A stretch of DNA of 62,927 nt, the filler included, from Chiloscyllium plagiosum (Eukaryota), in NCBI RefSeq assembly GCF_004010195.1. It is 5 parts of one record of this genome, joined end to end, with 100 filler letters (N's around TTAATTAATTAA, not from the genome) between each part and the next. Parts side by side here need not be neighbours in the genome. Positions count along the whole stretch, not along the records: positions 1 to 23,878 come from NC_057712.1; positions 23,979 to 49,062 come from NC_057712.1; 3 more parts are not named here. One strand, given 5' to 3'. Both the position numbers and the translations under genes were made by a program. The notes under the pieces were generated by a model, which had not been told where the DNA came from, searched no databases, and worked only from the letters and a program-made list of their open reading frames with translations. Below are positions 23,516-36,520 of this stretch, piece by piece. Each line of letters starts with the position of its first letter. Positions within the stretch are counted from its first letter, which is position 1.

Positions 23516-23878
23516 CAGAACTGAAAATGTGTTGCTGGAAAAGCGCAGCAGGTCAGGCAGCATTCCAGGGAACAGGAGAATCGACGTTTCGGGCATAAGC
23601 CCTTCTTCAGGAATGAGGAAAGTGTGTCTTGCAGGCTAAGATAAAAGGTAGGGAGGAGGGACTTGGGGGAGGGGCGTCGGAAATGTGATAGGTGGAAAGA
23701 GGTCAAGGTGAGGGTGTTAGGTCAGACTGGGGTGGGGGCGGAGAGGTCGGGAAGAAGATTGCAGGTTAGGAAGGCGGTGCTGAATTCGATGGATTTGACT
23801 GAGACAAGGTGGGGGGAGGGGAAATGAGGAAACTGGTGAAACCCGAGTTCATCCCTTGTGGTTGGAGGGTCCCTAGGC
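23516..23878 (-). mobile_element. Penelope-like 3' end with intact hammerhead (CUGAAGA variant), cut by contig end
   Basis: LGTLQPQGMN C-terminus at the contig edge; minus 23614-23579 reads attc-CTGAAGA-a-gggc-ttat-gccc-GAAA-CGTC-gatt. Confidence 0.88.
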
Positions 23879-23978
23879 NNNNNNNNNNNNNNNNNNNNNN
23901 NNNNNNNNNNNNNNNNNNNNNNTTAATTAATTAANNNNNNNNNNNNNNNNNNNNNNNNNNNNNNNNNNNNNNNNNNNN
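23879..23978. other. Artificial contig spacer N44-TTAATTAATTAA-N44
   Basis: The identical 100-bp spacer occurs four times; the 12-mer has stops in all six frames. Confidence 0.98.
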
Positions 23979-26900
23979 CGTAAATACTGACACACTCCTG
24001 GAAACACCCCGTAATTACTGACACTCTCCTGGTGATGTCCTGTAAATATTGACACACTCATGGTGACGCCCCATATGTACTGACACACTCCTGGACACAT
24101 CCTGTAAATAATGACACAATCCTGGTGACGCCCCATAAGTACTGACACACTCCTGCTGACGCCCTGTAAATTCTGACACACTCCTGGAAATACCCTATAA
24201 ATACTGACACGCTCCTGGAATCACCCCGTAAATATTGACACACTCCTGGAAACAATCTGTAAATATTGACATACTGCTGGTGACGCCCTGTAAATACTGA
24301 CACACTCCTGGACACACCCCATAAATAATGAAACACTCATGGTGACGCCCATAAATATTGACTAACTCTTGTACACACCCCCTAAATACTGACACACTCC
24401 TGGACACACCCCATAAATAATGAAACACTCATGGTGACGCCCATAAATATTGACTAACTCTTGTACACACCCCCTAAATACTGACACACTCCTGGACACA
24501 CCCCATAAATAATGAAACACTCATGGTGACGCCCATAAATATTGACTAACTCTTGTACACACCCCCTAAATACTGACACACTCCTGGACACACCCCATAA
24601 ATAATGAAACACTCATGGTGACGCCCATAAATATTGACTAACTCTTGTACACACCCCCTAAATACTGACACACTCCTGGACACACCCCATAAATAATGAA
24701 ACACTCATGGTGACGCCCCATAAATATTGACTAACTCTTGTACACACCCCCTAAATACTGACACACTCCTGGACACACCCCGTATATACTAACACACTCC
24801 TGGAGACGCACCATCAATACTGACACACTCCTGGATACTCCCTGTAAATACTGACACACGCCTGGAAACACTCCGTAAATACTGGCACACTCCTGGTGAC
24901 ACCCGTAAATACTGGAACACTCCTGATGATGTCCCATAAATACTGACACACTCCTGGTGACGCCCCGTCAATACTGACATACTGCTGGTGATGCCCCGTA
25001 AATACTGACACACGCCTAACGATGCCCTGTAAATATTGACACACACCTGGATACATCCCGTATATAATGATACAATCCTGGTGACGCACCATCAATACTG
25101 ACACACTCCTGGATACTCCCTGTAAATACTGACACACGCCTGGAAACACTCCGTAAATACTGGCACACTCCTGGTGACACCCGTAAATACTGGAACACTC
25201 CTGATGATGTCCCATAAATACTGACACACTCCAGGTGGCGCCCTGTAAATACTGGCACACTCCTGGTGATGCCTCGTAAATACTGACACACTCCTGGAAA
25301 CACCCAGTAATTACTGACACACTCCTGGTGATGTCCTGTAAATATTGACACACTCATGGTGACGCCCCATATGTACTGACACACTCCTGGACACATCCTG
25401 TAAATAATGACACAATCCTGGTGACGCCCCATAAGTACTGACACACTCCTGCTGACGCCCTGTAAATTCTGACACACTCCTGGAAATACCCTATAAATAC
25501 TGACACGCTCCTGGAATCACCCCGTAAATATTGACACACTCCTGGAAACAATCTGTAAATATTGACATACTGCTGGTGACGCCCTGTAAATACTGACACA
25601 CTCCTGGACACACCCCATAAATAATGAAACACTCATGGTGACGCCCATAAATATTGACTAACTCTTGTACACACCCCCTAAATACTGACACACTCCTGGA
25701 CACACCCCGTATATACTAACACACTCCTGGAGACGCACCATCAATACTGACACACTCCTGGTGATGCCCTGTAAATACAGACACACTCCTGATGATGCCC
25801 AGTAAATACTGACATCTATCTGGTGACGCACCATCAATACTGACACACTACTGGAAACACCCTGGAAATACTGACATACTGCTGGTGATGCCCCATAAAT
25901 CCTGATACGCTCCTGGAAACACCCCGTAAATACTGACACACTCCTGGAAACACCCCGTAAATACTGACACACTCCTGGAAACACCCCGTAAATACTGACA
26001 CATGCCTGATGATGCCCTGTCAATACTGACACACACCTGGACACATCCCGTAAATAATGATACAATCCTGGTGATGCCCCGTAAGTACTGACACACTCCT
26101 GGTGACGCCCCATAAATACTGACACACTCCTGGACACACCCCGTAAACAATGAAACACTCATGGTGACGCCCCATAAATGTTGACACACTCTTGTAAACA
26201 CCCCCTAAATACTGACACACTCCTGGACACGCCCCGTAAATACTAACACACTCCTGGTGACGCACCATCAATACTGACACACTCCTGGTGATGCCCTGTA
26301 AATACAGACACACTCCTGATGATGCCCAGTAAATACTGACATCTATCTGGTGACGTACCATCAATACTGTAAATACTAACACACTCCTGGAAACACCATT
26401 TAAATACTGACACGCTCCTGGTGATGCCCAGTAAATAGTGACACCTATCCGGTGACGCACCATCAATACTGACACACTCCTGGAAACACCCCGTGAATAC
26501 TGACACACTCCTGGTGATGCCCCGTAAATACTGACACACGCCTGATGATGCCCTGTAAATACTGACACACACCTGGACACATCCCGTAAATAATGATACA
26601 ATCCTGGTAATGCCCCTTAAGTATCGACACATTCCTGGTGACGCCACTTAAATACTGACACACTCCTGGAAACACCCAGTAAATACTGACACACTCCTGG
26701 AAACACCCAGTAAATACCGACACACTCCTGGTGACGCCCTGTAAATACTGACACGTATCCGGTGAGGCCCCATAAATACGGATTCACTCCTGGAAACATG
26801 CCGTAAATACTGACACACTCCTGGAGACGCCCTGTAATTACTGACACACTCCTGGAAGCACTCAGTAAATACTGACATGCTCCAGGGATCACCCCGTAAA

Positions 26901-28330
26901 TACTGACACACTCCTGACAACGCCTTGTAAATACTGACATACTGCTGGTGATACCCCGTAAATACTGACACACTCCTGGTGATGCCCCGTAAATTCTGAC
27001 ACACTCCTGGAAATACCCCGTAAATATTGACACACTCCTGGTGACACCCCATAAATACTGACACACTCCTGGACATATCCCGTAAATAATGACACAATCC
27101 TGGTGATGCACCGTAAGTACTGACACACTCCTGCTGAAGCCCCGTAAATTCTGACACACTCCTGGAAACACCCCGTAAATATTGACACACTCCTGGTGAC
27201 GCCCCATAAATACTGACACACTCCTAGACACGCCCCGTAAATACTAACACACTCCTGGTGACGCACCATCAGTACTGACACCCTCCTGGTGATACCCTGT
27301 AAATACAGACACACTCCTGATGATGCCCAGTAAATACTGACATCTATCTGGTGACGCACCATCAATACTAACACACTCCTGGATACACCCTGTAAATACT
27401 GACACACTTCTGGAAGCATCCTGTAAATACTGACACGCTCCTGGTAATGCCCAGTAAATACTGACACCTATCCGGTGACGCACCATCAATACTGACACAC
27501 TCCTGGAAACGCCCCGTAAATACTGGCACACTCCTGGTGACGCCCTGTAAATACTGACACACTCCTGGAAACACCCCGTAAATACTGACACACTCCTGGA
27601 AACACCCCGTGAATACTGACATACTCCTGATGACGCCTCGTAAATACTGACACGCTACTGGTAGCGCTCTTTAAATATTGACACACTCTTGGTGATTCCC
27701 CGTAAATACTGACACACTCCTGGAAACATCCCGTAAATACTGGCACACTCCTGGAGACGCCCTGTAAATACTGACACACTCCTGATGATGCCCCGTAAAT
27801 ACTGACATACTGCTGGTGATACCCCATAAATACTGACACACTCCTGGAAACACCCCGTAAATACTGACACACACCTGGTGCCGCCCTGTAAATACTGACA
27901 CACTCCTGGTGATACCCGTAAATACTGACACTCCTGGAAACATCCCGTAAATACTGATACACTCGTGGAAACAACCCGTAAATACTGACACACTCCTGGA
28001 AACACCCCGTAAATACTGACACACTCCTGGTGACGCCCCATAAATACTGACACACTCCTGGAAATACCCTGTAAATACTGGCACACTCTTGGTGGTGACC
28101 TGTAAATACTGACACACTCCTGGTGACCCCCCGTAAATACTGGCACGCTTCTGCTGACGCCCTGTAAATACTGACACACTCCTGGTGACGCTCCGTAAAT
28201 ACTGACACACTCCTGTTGATGCCCCGTAAGTACTGACACACTCCTGGTGACACCCCATATATACTGGCGCACTCCTTGTGATGCCCGTAAGCACTGACAC
28301 ACTCCTGGTGACGCCCTGTAAATACTGACG
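23979..28330. repeat. 31-bp minisatellite/satellite array (over 4.3 kb) upstream of the first visible SRF exon (likely intronic)
   Basis: Consensus about GTAAATACTGACACACTCCTGG(TGACG/AAACA)CCCC; five-copy 92-bp higher-order block at about 24290-24780; block duplication at offset 1296. Confidence 0.97.
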
Positions 28331-28471
28331 AGCCCGGAGCTGTCCGTAATACTGACTTTCCTGAGGTGGTTGGGGAGTGTGAATAGATGTCCTAAACAGC
28401 AGAATGTGACATCAATGCCTGAGTATCAGATCTTGTCTTTATTTCCCTCTTGATTCTCTTTCTCTGACCAG

Positions 28472-28618
28472 GTGGTGCAATGGCCCAACAGGTTCCTGTG
28501 CAGACGATTCAGTTACACCAAGCCTCCGGGCAGGTGAGCGTGCACCAGTCTACGCAACACACGCCATCTACCAGCGACAGCAACTCCGAGATTTCTCAGG
28601 CCTCCACCAGCGGAGCAA
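28472..28618 (+). CDS. SRF: Serum response factor, internal coding exon (equivalent to mammalian exon 4)
   Basis: Polypyrimidine-cag acceptor, gtaag donor, phase 1-1. GGAMAQQVPVQTIQLHQ...SDSNSEISQASTSGA versus human GGAVAQQVPVQAIQVHQ...DSSTDLTQTSSSGT (recalled). Confidence 0.93.
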
Positions 28619-28689
28619 GTAAGCACTGCCCGCACCACCTAGATCACATAGTGAGTTTTCCAGGCTCTTTTTCAGTGCCTGTCAACCAT

Positions 28690-29430
28690 CGCTCCCAGTG
28701 CTCGTCCACCATCGCTTTCAGTGCCCGTCCAACATCGCTTTCAGTGCCCATCCAGCATCACTGCCAACTCTGCTGCCAGTCCCCGTCCCACACTACTCCC
28801 AATGCCCATCCCACACTGCTCCCAATCTCAACACACCCCCACTCTTGGTCCCCATCCCACATCACTCCCAGTCCCTGTCCCACATTGCTCCCAATCTCTG
28901 TACACGCCCTTTCCTGGACCCCATCCCACACCACTCCCAATCTCTGTAAACCCCTCTCCTGGTCCCCATCCCACACCACTCCCAATCTCTGTACACCCCT
29001 CTCCTGGACCCATCCCACACCACTCCCAATCTCTGTACACCCCCACTCCTGGACCCCACCCCACACCACTCCCAATCTCTGTCCACCCCCACTCCTGGTC
29101 CCTGTCCCACACCACTCCCAATGCCCATCCAGCATCTCTCCCAATCTCTGTCCACCCCCCCTCCTGGTCCCTGTCCCACACCACTCCCAATGCCCATCCA
29201 GCGTCTTTCCCAATCTCTGTACACCCCCACTCCTGGTCTCCCTCCCACACTGCTCCCAGTGCCCGTCCAACATCGCTCCCAACATCTATACACCCCCACT
29301 CCTGTTTTCCCTCCTGCGCCACTCCCAGCGCCTGCCCACCATTGCTCCCAGTGCCTGCCCAGCATCACTCCCAATCTCTATACACCTCCACTCCTGATTC
29401 CCTTCCCACACCGCTGCCTGTCCCCGTCCT
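28690..29430. repeat. C-rich about 45-bp degenerate minisatellite in SRF intron
   Basis: Units like cccatcccacaccactcccaatctctgtacacccccactcctggtc. Confidence 0.9.
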
Positions 29431-30374
29431 GGCCCCACTTCCAGTCCATCTCCGTATTCACAGGAGGTCTCCGAGAATTTGTCAGCATTCAGTACACTCC
29501 TCACCCTGAGTATCGTCTCCCTTGATAACTACAGCCCTGAGCAATGAAAGGAAGTTTAAGCTATGGAAACCTCAGCTGCTGGTGATAGTTCACCCAGACA
29601 GGGATAGCCTGTCATCTTCTCTTCTCATGTAGACTGTGTTCCTGGTGGAATTTGGTGAAATCATGGAGGGAGATGCTGTTGGTGAAACATCCCTACAGTC
29701 TGCTGAAATGTAATTGTAGGACAGAGAAATGATTTTTGTCCTTTACAGTTACTGTCCTTTAGACGAGTATGAGGGGGATGTGCTACTCTGTCTGCGTTAC
29801 GTAGTGAGACAGTAGTTGGTCTGCCCTTTCAGCCTGATCATGGATGATCTGTACATTAACTGCGGCTCTGTCATGGATCTCTAACCTTTACTCTTTGCCC
29901 AACAATGGTCTCATAAGCTCTTTTTGGAAGTCTTGAGTTAACCTCTTAACACTTACCAAATCCATATGAAACAGATTTTTAATGGAAGAGTTCCAAACTC
30001 TGTGTGAGAGTGTGTTTCCTAACAGACGTTAATGGCCTGGCTCAAAGATTTTTGGATTCTGCTCCTTGATCTGGACTTTTAAAGCAAAGGAAGTAATTTG
30101 TCTCTCTCTTTCCCCTCTCAACTCTTTTAATTATCTTAAACATGTCATTGAGTTCACCCATAATCTGTAAATTCACAATAACTACTCTCCTGATTAACCC
30201 CTTTTGTCTGATTTCCATCCCTTCCATGTAGGGAGCTGTGTCCCTACAAAGCCATATTTACCCTGTCAGTGAGGGGCCTCCCCTGAGAATGATAGTCTTT
30301 TGCATATCGAGCCACGTGATCAAAGTGACTGCACAGTTTCTAAACGTTCAAACCCTTTCCTCTTGGTTTGTCAG

Positions 30375-30572
30375 TGACACTGCCAGCAACCATCGTCACG
30401 TCGTCTGTACCCACCTCGATGGCCAGTCACGTGATGTACCCCAGCCCACATGGTACGGTCATGTACACGACCTCCAGTCCCGGCCTGTCTGATGGCGGAC
30501 TCACAGTTCTCAACGCCTTTTCTCAGCCTTCTTCGGGTATGCAGGTCTCTCACGGCCAGATGCAAGAGCAGG
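30375..30572 (+). CDS. SRF: Serum response factor exon (equivalent to exon 5, transactivation region)
   Basis: ttgtcag acceptor, gtaag donor, 198 bp, phase 1-1. TLPATIVTSSVPTSMASHVMYPSPH...GLTVLNAFSQPSSGMQVSHGQMQEQ closely matches SRF. Confidence 0.96.
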
Positions 30573-31619
30573 GTAAGGTCATGACTGAACATTAACAGGG
30601 TCTCCTTCTAAAAGCAGTTCTTCGTGCAGCAATAAGCAGGGTTCAGCAGGATCTATCCAGTCCCATCCTTAGAGACATGGGAATGTTTGGACTGGTTAAG
30701 GATTGTGTTTGTACACGTTCCTTTTCATCATGGAGACTGAATTCAAATTGACTGTCTAAAGCTTACTCCTTTTTTCAAGTTTCTAAGTTCCCAGGGTGAC
30801 TTGAGTTTGAATATTTGTAGTTCCAATATGCAGTGCAGAAACTGCTTCAGATATTAAATTGAGAATCACAGGGTCTTTTAACACAGAAGAGGCTATTTGT
30901 TGGCGTTTGCTCTTTGAAACTGTTATATCTAATTAGTGTCACTCCCCTGTTCTTTCTCAGGATCCCAGCAAATGTTTGCTATTTGCATTTTATTTGAGTT
31001 TATTTCTGCTCTGCCAGTCTAACATAAAAAAACAGTGTCAGGCAATTTTATGTGCATCTTGTGCTTATATTCTGGACCAGTGCATGATGCTGGATGCTGT
31101 ATCTGAGCGCTGGGTTTTGGCGGTTCAGCAGCAGCCAGTGTGACAGAGCTGTGCTGCTCAGTCTTTGAGGAGACACGTTTCTAAAAGGGCTCACTCTACA
31201 GCATTGGGCTGTGCCAACAAGGAAGAAGGAATGGCTGGCCACCAGGCATTCAAGGCGAATCAGGTAAAACAGTGCAGGTCTTCTTGCTCTTCAACCTGCA
31301 TTTCACTGTAAATATAGATGAGAGCATTGGTTCCATTGAAGCAAGCAGCCAAAACCCAGTCCATTGCACTGCTGGCTCAGCCATATAGGAGGAAGGCTGG
31401 CAAAGGAATTGGAATTGGGGCTTTTACAGTTCAGGGAGCAAGCCAGTGTTTCTGCAACCATGATAGGTGCTGGGGGAAACTGTCACTGAGCGGGGTGCAG
31501 AGTGCCCTGAGGGGTAGGGCTGGCAGTGGGGGGAAAGTGTCACTGAGGGGGTGCAGAGTGCCCTGAAGGCTGGATTGTGAATAGTCAGTGGTCATGGTCA
31601 CATTTGTACCCACAAAACT

Positions 31620-34600
31620 GAGAGAAGATAGGTGAGATCCTAAAGGCAGATTTTCAAAATCTGCATTAAAAAACTAGGAAACTGGATCCTAAATTAGTAA
31701 TCTCTGGATTACCCGTGGTTTCACATGCGAGTGAGATCAGAAACAGCAAGATTGAGCAGCTGAATGCCTGGCTAGAGAGATAGTACTAAAGGAAGCAGGT
31801 CCGAGCTCAGGCCTGTTCAGATTAGCTGGTGAGGGAGCTGGGATCTGTACCTGCTGGAGGAGTTTTACCTGAACACAACCAGGCTGTGAAATAAGGCAGA
31901 GAGCAACAAAGAGTAAAAGTAATAAATTGGAACAGGGCTCATTCAATATTCATTCATTCAATGAAGAAACAAAATGTGGGAGTTTTTAATGAACAACAGG
32001 ATACTGGGTAGCTCAGAGGAAGAGTGGGATCTTGGAGTAATTATTCACAGATCCCTGAAGTTAGCAGAACATATGATTAGGAGAGTTAAGAAGGCAAATG
32101 GGAAGCTTGCTTTTGTCAGTCGTGGCATAGAGTATAAGAGCAAGAAGCTAAGGATAGTATCAGAGCTGCAGAAAGGGAGGTCATCAAGGAGGGTTTGTCT
32201 ACTGAGTGATTATGGGTGGAAGTCAGAAACAGGAAAGGAACAGTCACTTTATTCAGAGTTTTGGGAAGCCCCCCAAATGGCAACAGAGACGTGGAAGAGC
32301 AGGTTAGGAGGCAGATTTTGGAAAGGTGCAGAATTTACAGGGTTGTTGTCATGGGTTATTTCAACTTCCCTAATATAGATTGGAACCTCCTTCGTGCATA
32401 TAGTTTGGATGGAACAGATTTTGTCAGGTGTGTTTCCAGGAAGCATTCCTGACTCAATATGTAGATAGTCGAAAAGTGTCGTGCTGGAAAAGCCCAGCTG
32501 GTCAGGCAGCATCCAAGGCGCAGGAGAGTTTCAGGCATAAGCCCTTCAGCAATCTCCAGCATCTGCAGTCCTCACTTCCTCCCTCAATATGTTGACTAGA
32601 GGGGACTAATAGGTCGACTAGAGGGGAGGACATATTGGATTTGGTGTTTGGCAATGAGCCAGGTCAGGTGTCAGATCTCTGTGGGAGAGCATTTTGGTGA
32701 TAGTGATCATAACTCCCTGACCTTTATTATAGACATGGAGAGGGATAGGAGCCCACGGTATGGGAAAACATTTAATTGAGGGAGGGGGAATTACAATGCT
32801 ATTAGGCAGGAACTGTGGAGCATAAATTGGGAGCAGATATTCTTTGGAAAATGCACGACGGAAATATGGAGGTTGTTAAGGGAACATTTGCTGATAGTGC
32901 TGGATAGGTTTGTCCCACTGAGGCATGGAAAGGATAGTAGGGTGAAGGAACCTTGGATGAGAAGGGATGTAGAACTTCTAGTCAAGAGGAAGAAGGAAGC
33001 TTATTTAAGGTTGAGGAAGGAAGGATCAGATAGGATCTTAGTGGGTTACAAGGTAGCCAGGAAGGAACTGAAGAATGGACTTAGGAGAACTACAAGGGGG
33101 CATGAAAAAGCATTGACAGATAGGATTAAGGCAAACCCCAAGCGTTATGTGAGGAACAAGAGGATGTCCAGAGTGAGGATAAGGTTAATCCCTTGGGGTC
33201 GGGTCGGGATAGTGAAGGGAACTTGTGCTTGGAGTCAGAGGCGATACGTATTCATTAAGGATACATTGCTTCAGTATTCACTAGTGATCGGGACCTTGTC
33301 GTTTGTGAGGACAGTGTGAAACAGGCTGATACACTCAAACAGGTTGGTGTTAAGAAGGAGTATGTGCTGGAAAGTTTGAAAAACATGAGGATAGATAAAT
33401 ACCCTGGGCCAGACTGAATACATCCAAGGTTACTACGGGAAGTGAGGAAAGAGATTGCTGCGATGTTCTTTGCGTTCTCACTGTCCATTGGAGTAGTACC
33501 AGATGATTGGAGAGTGGCAAATGTTATTCCTTTGTTCAAGAAAGGCCAGTCAGCCCTTTGTCAATGGTGGTCAAATTATTGGAGAGGATTCTGAGTGATA
33601 GGATATATGATTGTTTGGAAAAGCATAGTTTGATTAGATATAGTCAGCATGGTTTTGAGAGGTGCAGGTCATGCTTCACAAACTTTATTGAATTTTTTTG
33701 AGGATGTGATAAAGCACATTGATGAAGATACAGCAGTGGTTGTGGTGTCATTCAGAAAGTAAGGAGGCATTGGATACAGGGAAATTTGGCTGTCTGGATA
33801 CGGAATTGGCTGGCCCATAGAAGACAGAGGGTGGTAATAGATGGAAGGTATCAGCCTGGAGCTTGGTGACCCGTGATGTTCTGCAGGAATATGTTCTGGG
33901 ACCTCTACTGTTTGTGATTTTTTATAAATGACTTGAATGAGGAAGTGAAAGGGTGGGTTAGTAAGTTTGCTGATGACGTGAAGGTTGGTGGAGTTGTGGA
34001 TCTTGTGGAGGGCTCTTGTAGGTTGCCATGGTATTTTGATCTTATAGTAGGATAAAAGCTCGGCACAGCATTTAGGGCCGAAGGGCCTGTAATGTACTTC
34101 TATGTAATGTTGGAGTTGTACAGAATGTTGGTCAGGTCATGGCTGTCATCCTTTATGCAGTTCTGGTCACTACAGGAAGGATGTAATAGCATTAGAAGGG
34201 ATACAGAGGAGGTTGACCAGGATGTTGCCTTGGATGGAGAAATTGAGCAAGGGAGAGAGGCTAGATAGACTGGAATTGTTTTCTTTGGAGCATATTCGAC
34301 TGAGGGGGGCATGATCGAGGTGTGCAAGATTGATTGGTATGGACAGAAGAATAGAGAACAGTCAATCCCCTTAGTTGAGGCGCTGTTCACAATAGGGCAT
34401 AGTTTTAGGGTTAGTGGCAGGACATTCAGAGACGATTTTAACAAAACCTTTTGTCCCTCAGCTTATGGTGGATATCTGGAATGCACTGTCTGGAAAGGTC
34501 ATGGTGGCTGGAAACCTAATGACTTTTAAAAAAGCAATTTGGATGAGCACTTCAGATATGATAACATTCAAAGATACGGAACAAATGTAGGAAACTGGGG

Positions 34601-34685
34601 TTAGCGCACTTTTTAGTGGTAGTCATGTCGGTGTAGACTCGATGGGCCGAAGGGCCTTTTCAGTATTGTTTGAATCTATGAGTAA
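31620..34685 (+). mobile_element. Mosaic of CR1 fragments (ORF1 remnant, APE endonuclease end, RT, 3' UTRs)
   Basis: VVVMGYFNFPNIDW, EPWMRRDVELLVKRKKEAY, QHGFERCRSCFTNFIEFF, SKFADDVKVGG; CR1 3' tails at about 34100 and 34680. Confidence 0.9.
32469..32582. mobile_element. Internally deleted fold-back Penelope terminal insertion in CR1, about 16-bp TSD
   Basis: A minus-orientation terminal repeat joined to the plus-orientation tail tctccagcatctgcagtcctcactt; flanks ctcaatatgtagatag / ctcaatatgttgactag. Confidence 0.75.
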
Positions 34686-35033
34686 TAGGATGAGAACACA
34701 TCTGACCCAGGGAATGTATAATCTAAGATTGGGAGGAAAAGCTGTAGTTGAACAAGGGCTGCTGTTAAAAAGGAACTACTTGGGGTAGAGTGGTGGTACA
34801 TTTCCACATATCCAAAGGTAGAGTGAATAAAGCATTGGCCTCTGAATGGTGGCAGAGGGAGAATAGGGTGAGGCAGAAAAGGGGCACTTTGACAGATGTC
34901 AAATCAATTCTACGGTGCAGTGTCAGGCTAGATGGAGAAAGTTCAGAAAGGTAAAGGGGAAACAAGCAACAGGGAGTGCGAGCAGAGACCGGCAACCAGT
35001 GTTCTTTTATGGAGGTAGGGCCACAATGGAGAC

Positions 35034-35163
35034 ATTCCTGATGAAGGGCTTTTGCCTGAAACATCAATTTTCCTGCTCCTTCGATGCTGCCTGACCTGCT
35101 GTGCTTGTCCAGCACCACTCTAATCTAGACTCTGTTCTCCAGCATCTGCAATCCTCACTTTCA
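35034..35163 (+). mobile_element. 130-bp solo Penelope terminal unit beginning at its hammerhead, 13-bp TSD
   Basis: attc-CTGATGA-a-gggc-tttt-gcct-GAAA-CATC...tail; TSD ccacaatggagac (35021-35033 / 35164-35176). Confidence 0.9.
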
Positions 35164-35534
35164 CCACAATGGAGACTTGCACATGGAGACCGAGAGTAAG
35201 CTGAATTACAAAATGAGTACTTTGCACTTGTCTTTCCTGAGAAGACGATATCATGGTCATAGAGAAAGAGGGGGGAATTGAAATACTGAAAGGCTAACAT
35301 TTGAGAAAGAGGACAGCTGACTTACACTAAAGTCGGTACATCATCAGGAACAGATCAGAGGCATCTAAGGAAATAACTATTGTGAAGAGTTCTGGCCACG
35401 ATCTTCTGGAACTTGGATGGTGCCAGCCCCCTGAGAACTATGAATGTTTGCTCAGAAGGGGATAAACCCACCTCCTACAGGCAAATTAGTTTAACCTCAG
35501 TGGGGTGGGGGTTTCAAATGATAACCCACATGAA

Positions 35535-36520
35535 ACCTCAGGTCCCTATTACAGCATACTGCCAGACAGGTGAAAGGTCAGGTCCCTATTACAGCACACC
35601 ATCAGACAGAAGGTGAAAGGTCAGGTCCCTGCTATAGCACACCATCAGACAGAAGGTGAAAGGTCAGGTTCATGTTACAGCACATCATCAGCCAGAACAT
35701 GAAAGATCAGGTTCCTATTACAGCACACTGTCAGACAGAAGGTGAAAGGTCAGGTCCCTATTACAGCACACTGTCAGACAGAAGGTGAAAGATCAGGTCC
35801 CTATTACAGCACACTGTCAGACAGAAGGTGAAAGGTCAGCTCCCTATTACAACATATTGTCAGACAGAAGGTGAAAGGTCAGCTCCCTGTTATGGCACAC
35901 TGTCAAACAGAAGGTGAAAGATCAGGTCCCTTTACCGCATATTGTCAGGCAGAAGGTGAAAAGTCAGAACCCTATTACAGCATATTGTCAGACAGAAGGT
36001 GAAAGGTCAGCTCCCTGTTATGGCACACTGTCAAACAGAAGGTGAAAGATCAGGTCCCTATTACAGCACACTGTCAGACAGAAGGTGAAAGGACAGCTCC
36101 CTATTACAGCATATTGTCAGACAGAAGGTGAAAGGTCAGCTCCCTGTTATGGCACACTGTCAAACAGAAGGTGAAAGATCAGGTCCCTATTACAGCATAC
36201 TGTCAGACAGAAGGTGAAAGGTCAGCTCCCTATTACAGCATATTGTCAGACAGAAGGTGAAAGGTCAGCTCCCTGTTATGGCACACTGTCAAACAGAAGG
36301 TGAAAGATCAGGTCCCTTTACCGCATATTGTCAGACAGAAGGTGAAAGGTCAGCTCCCTATTACAGCATATTGTCAGACAGAAGGTAAAAGGTCAGCTCC
36401 CTGTTATGGCACACTGTCAAACAGAAGGTGAAAGATTAGGTCCCTTTACCGCATATTGTCAGACAGAAGGTGAAAGGTCAGGTCGCATTGCAGCACACCA
36501 GTAGATAGAAGGTGAAAGAT
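35535..36520. repeat. 43-bp minisatellite (about 22 copies) in SRF intron
   Basis: tcagacagaaggtgaaaggtcaggtccctattacagcacactg; spacing 35731-35774-35817. Confidence 0.97.

Noticed and set aside
23923..23934. TTAATTAATTAA as a biological motif (e.g. piggyBac TTAA site)
   Set aside because: It occurs four times, always centred in 88 Ns: an assembly linker.
23979..28330. CRISPR-like look (constant about 21 bp plus variable about 10 bp)
   Set aside because: The variable parts are a few reused variants rather than unique spacers; vertebrate intronic context; no cas genes. The same applies to the 43-bp array at 35535-36520.
23979..28330. Antisense strand has many CAGTATT (miR-200b/c/429 seed match), suggesting a sponge
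   Set aside because: It is on the strand opposite to SRF with no evidence of transcription; any repeat unit will match some 7-mer seed.
24058..29525. Many Cys/Gly/Val- or Pro/His-rich ORFs
   Set aside because: Translations of minisatellites. ORF 28480..29397 is real only up to the donor at 28618.
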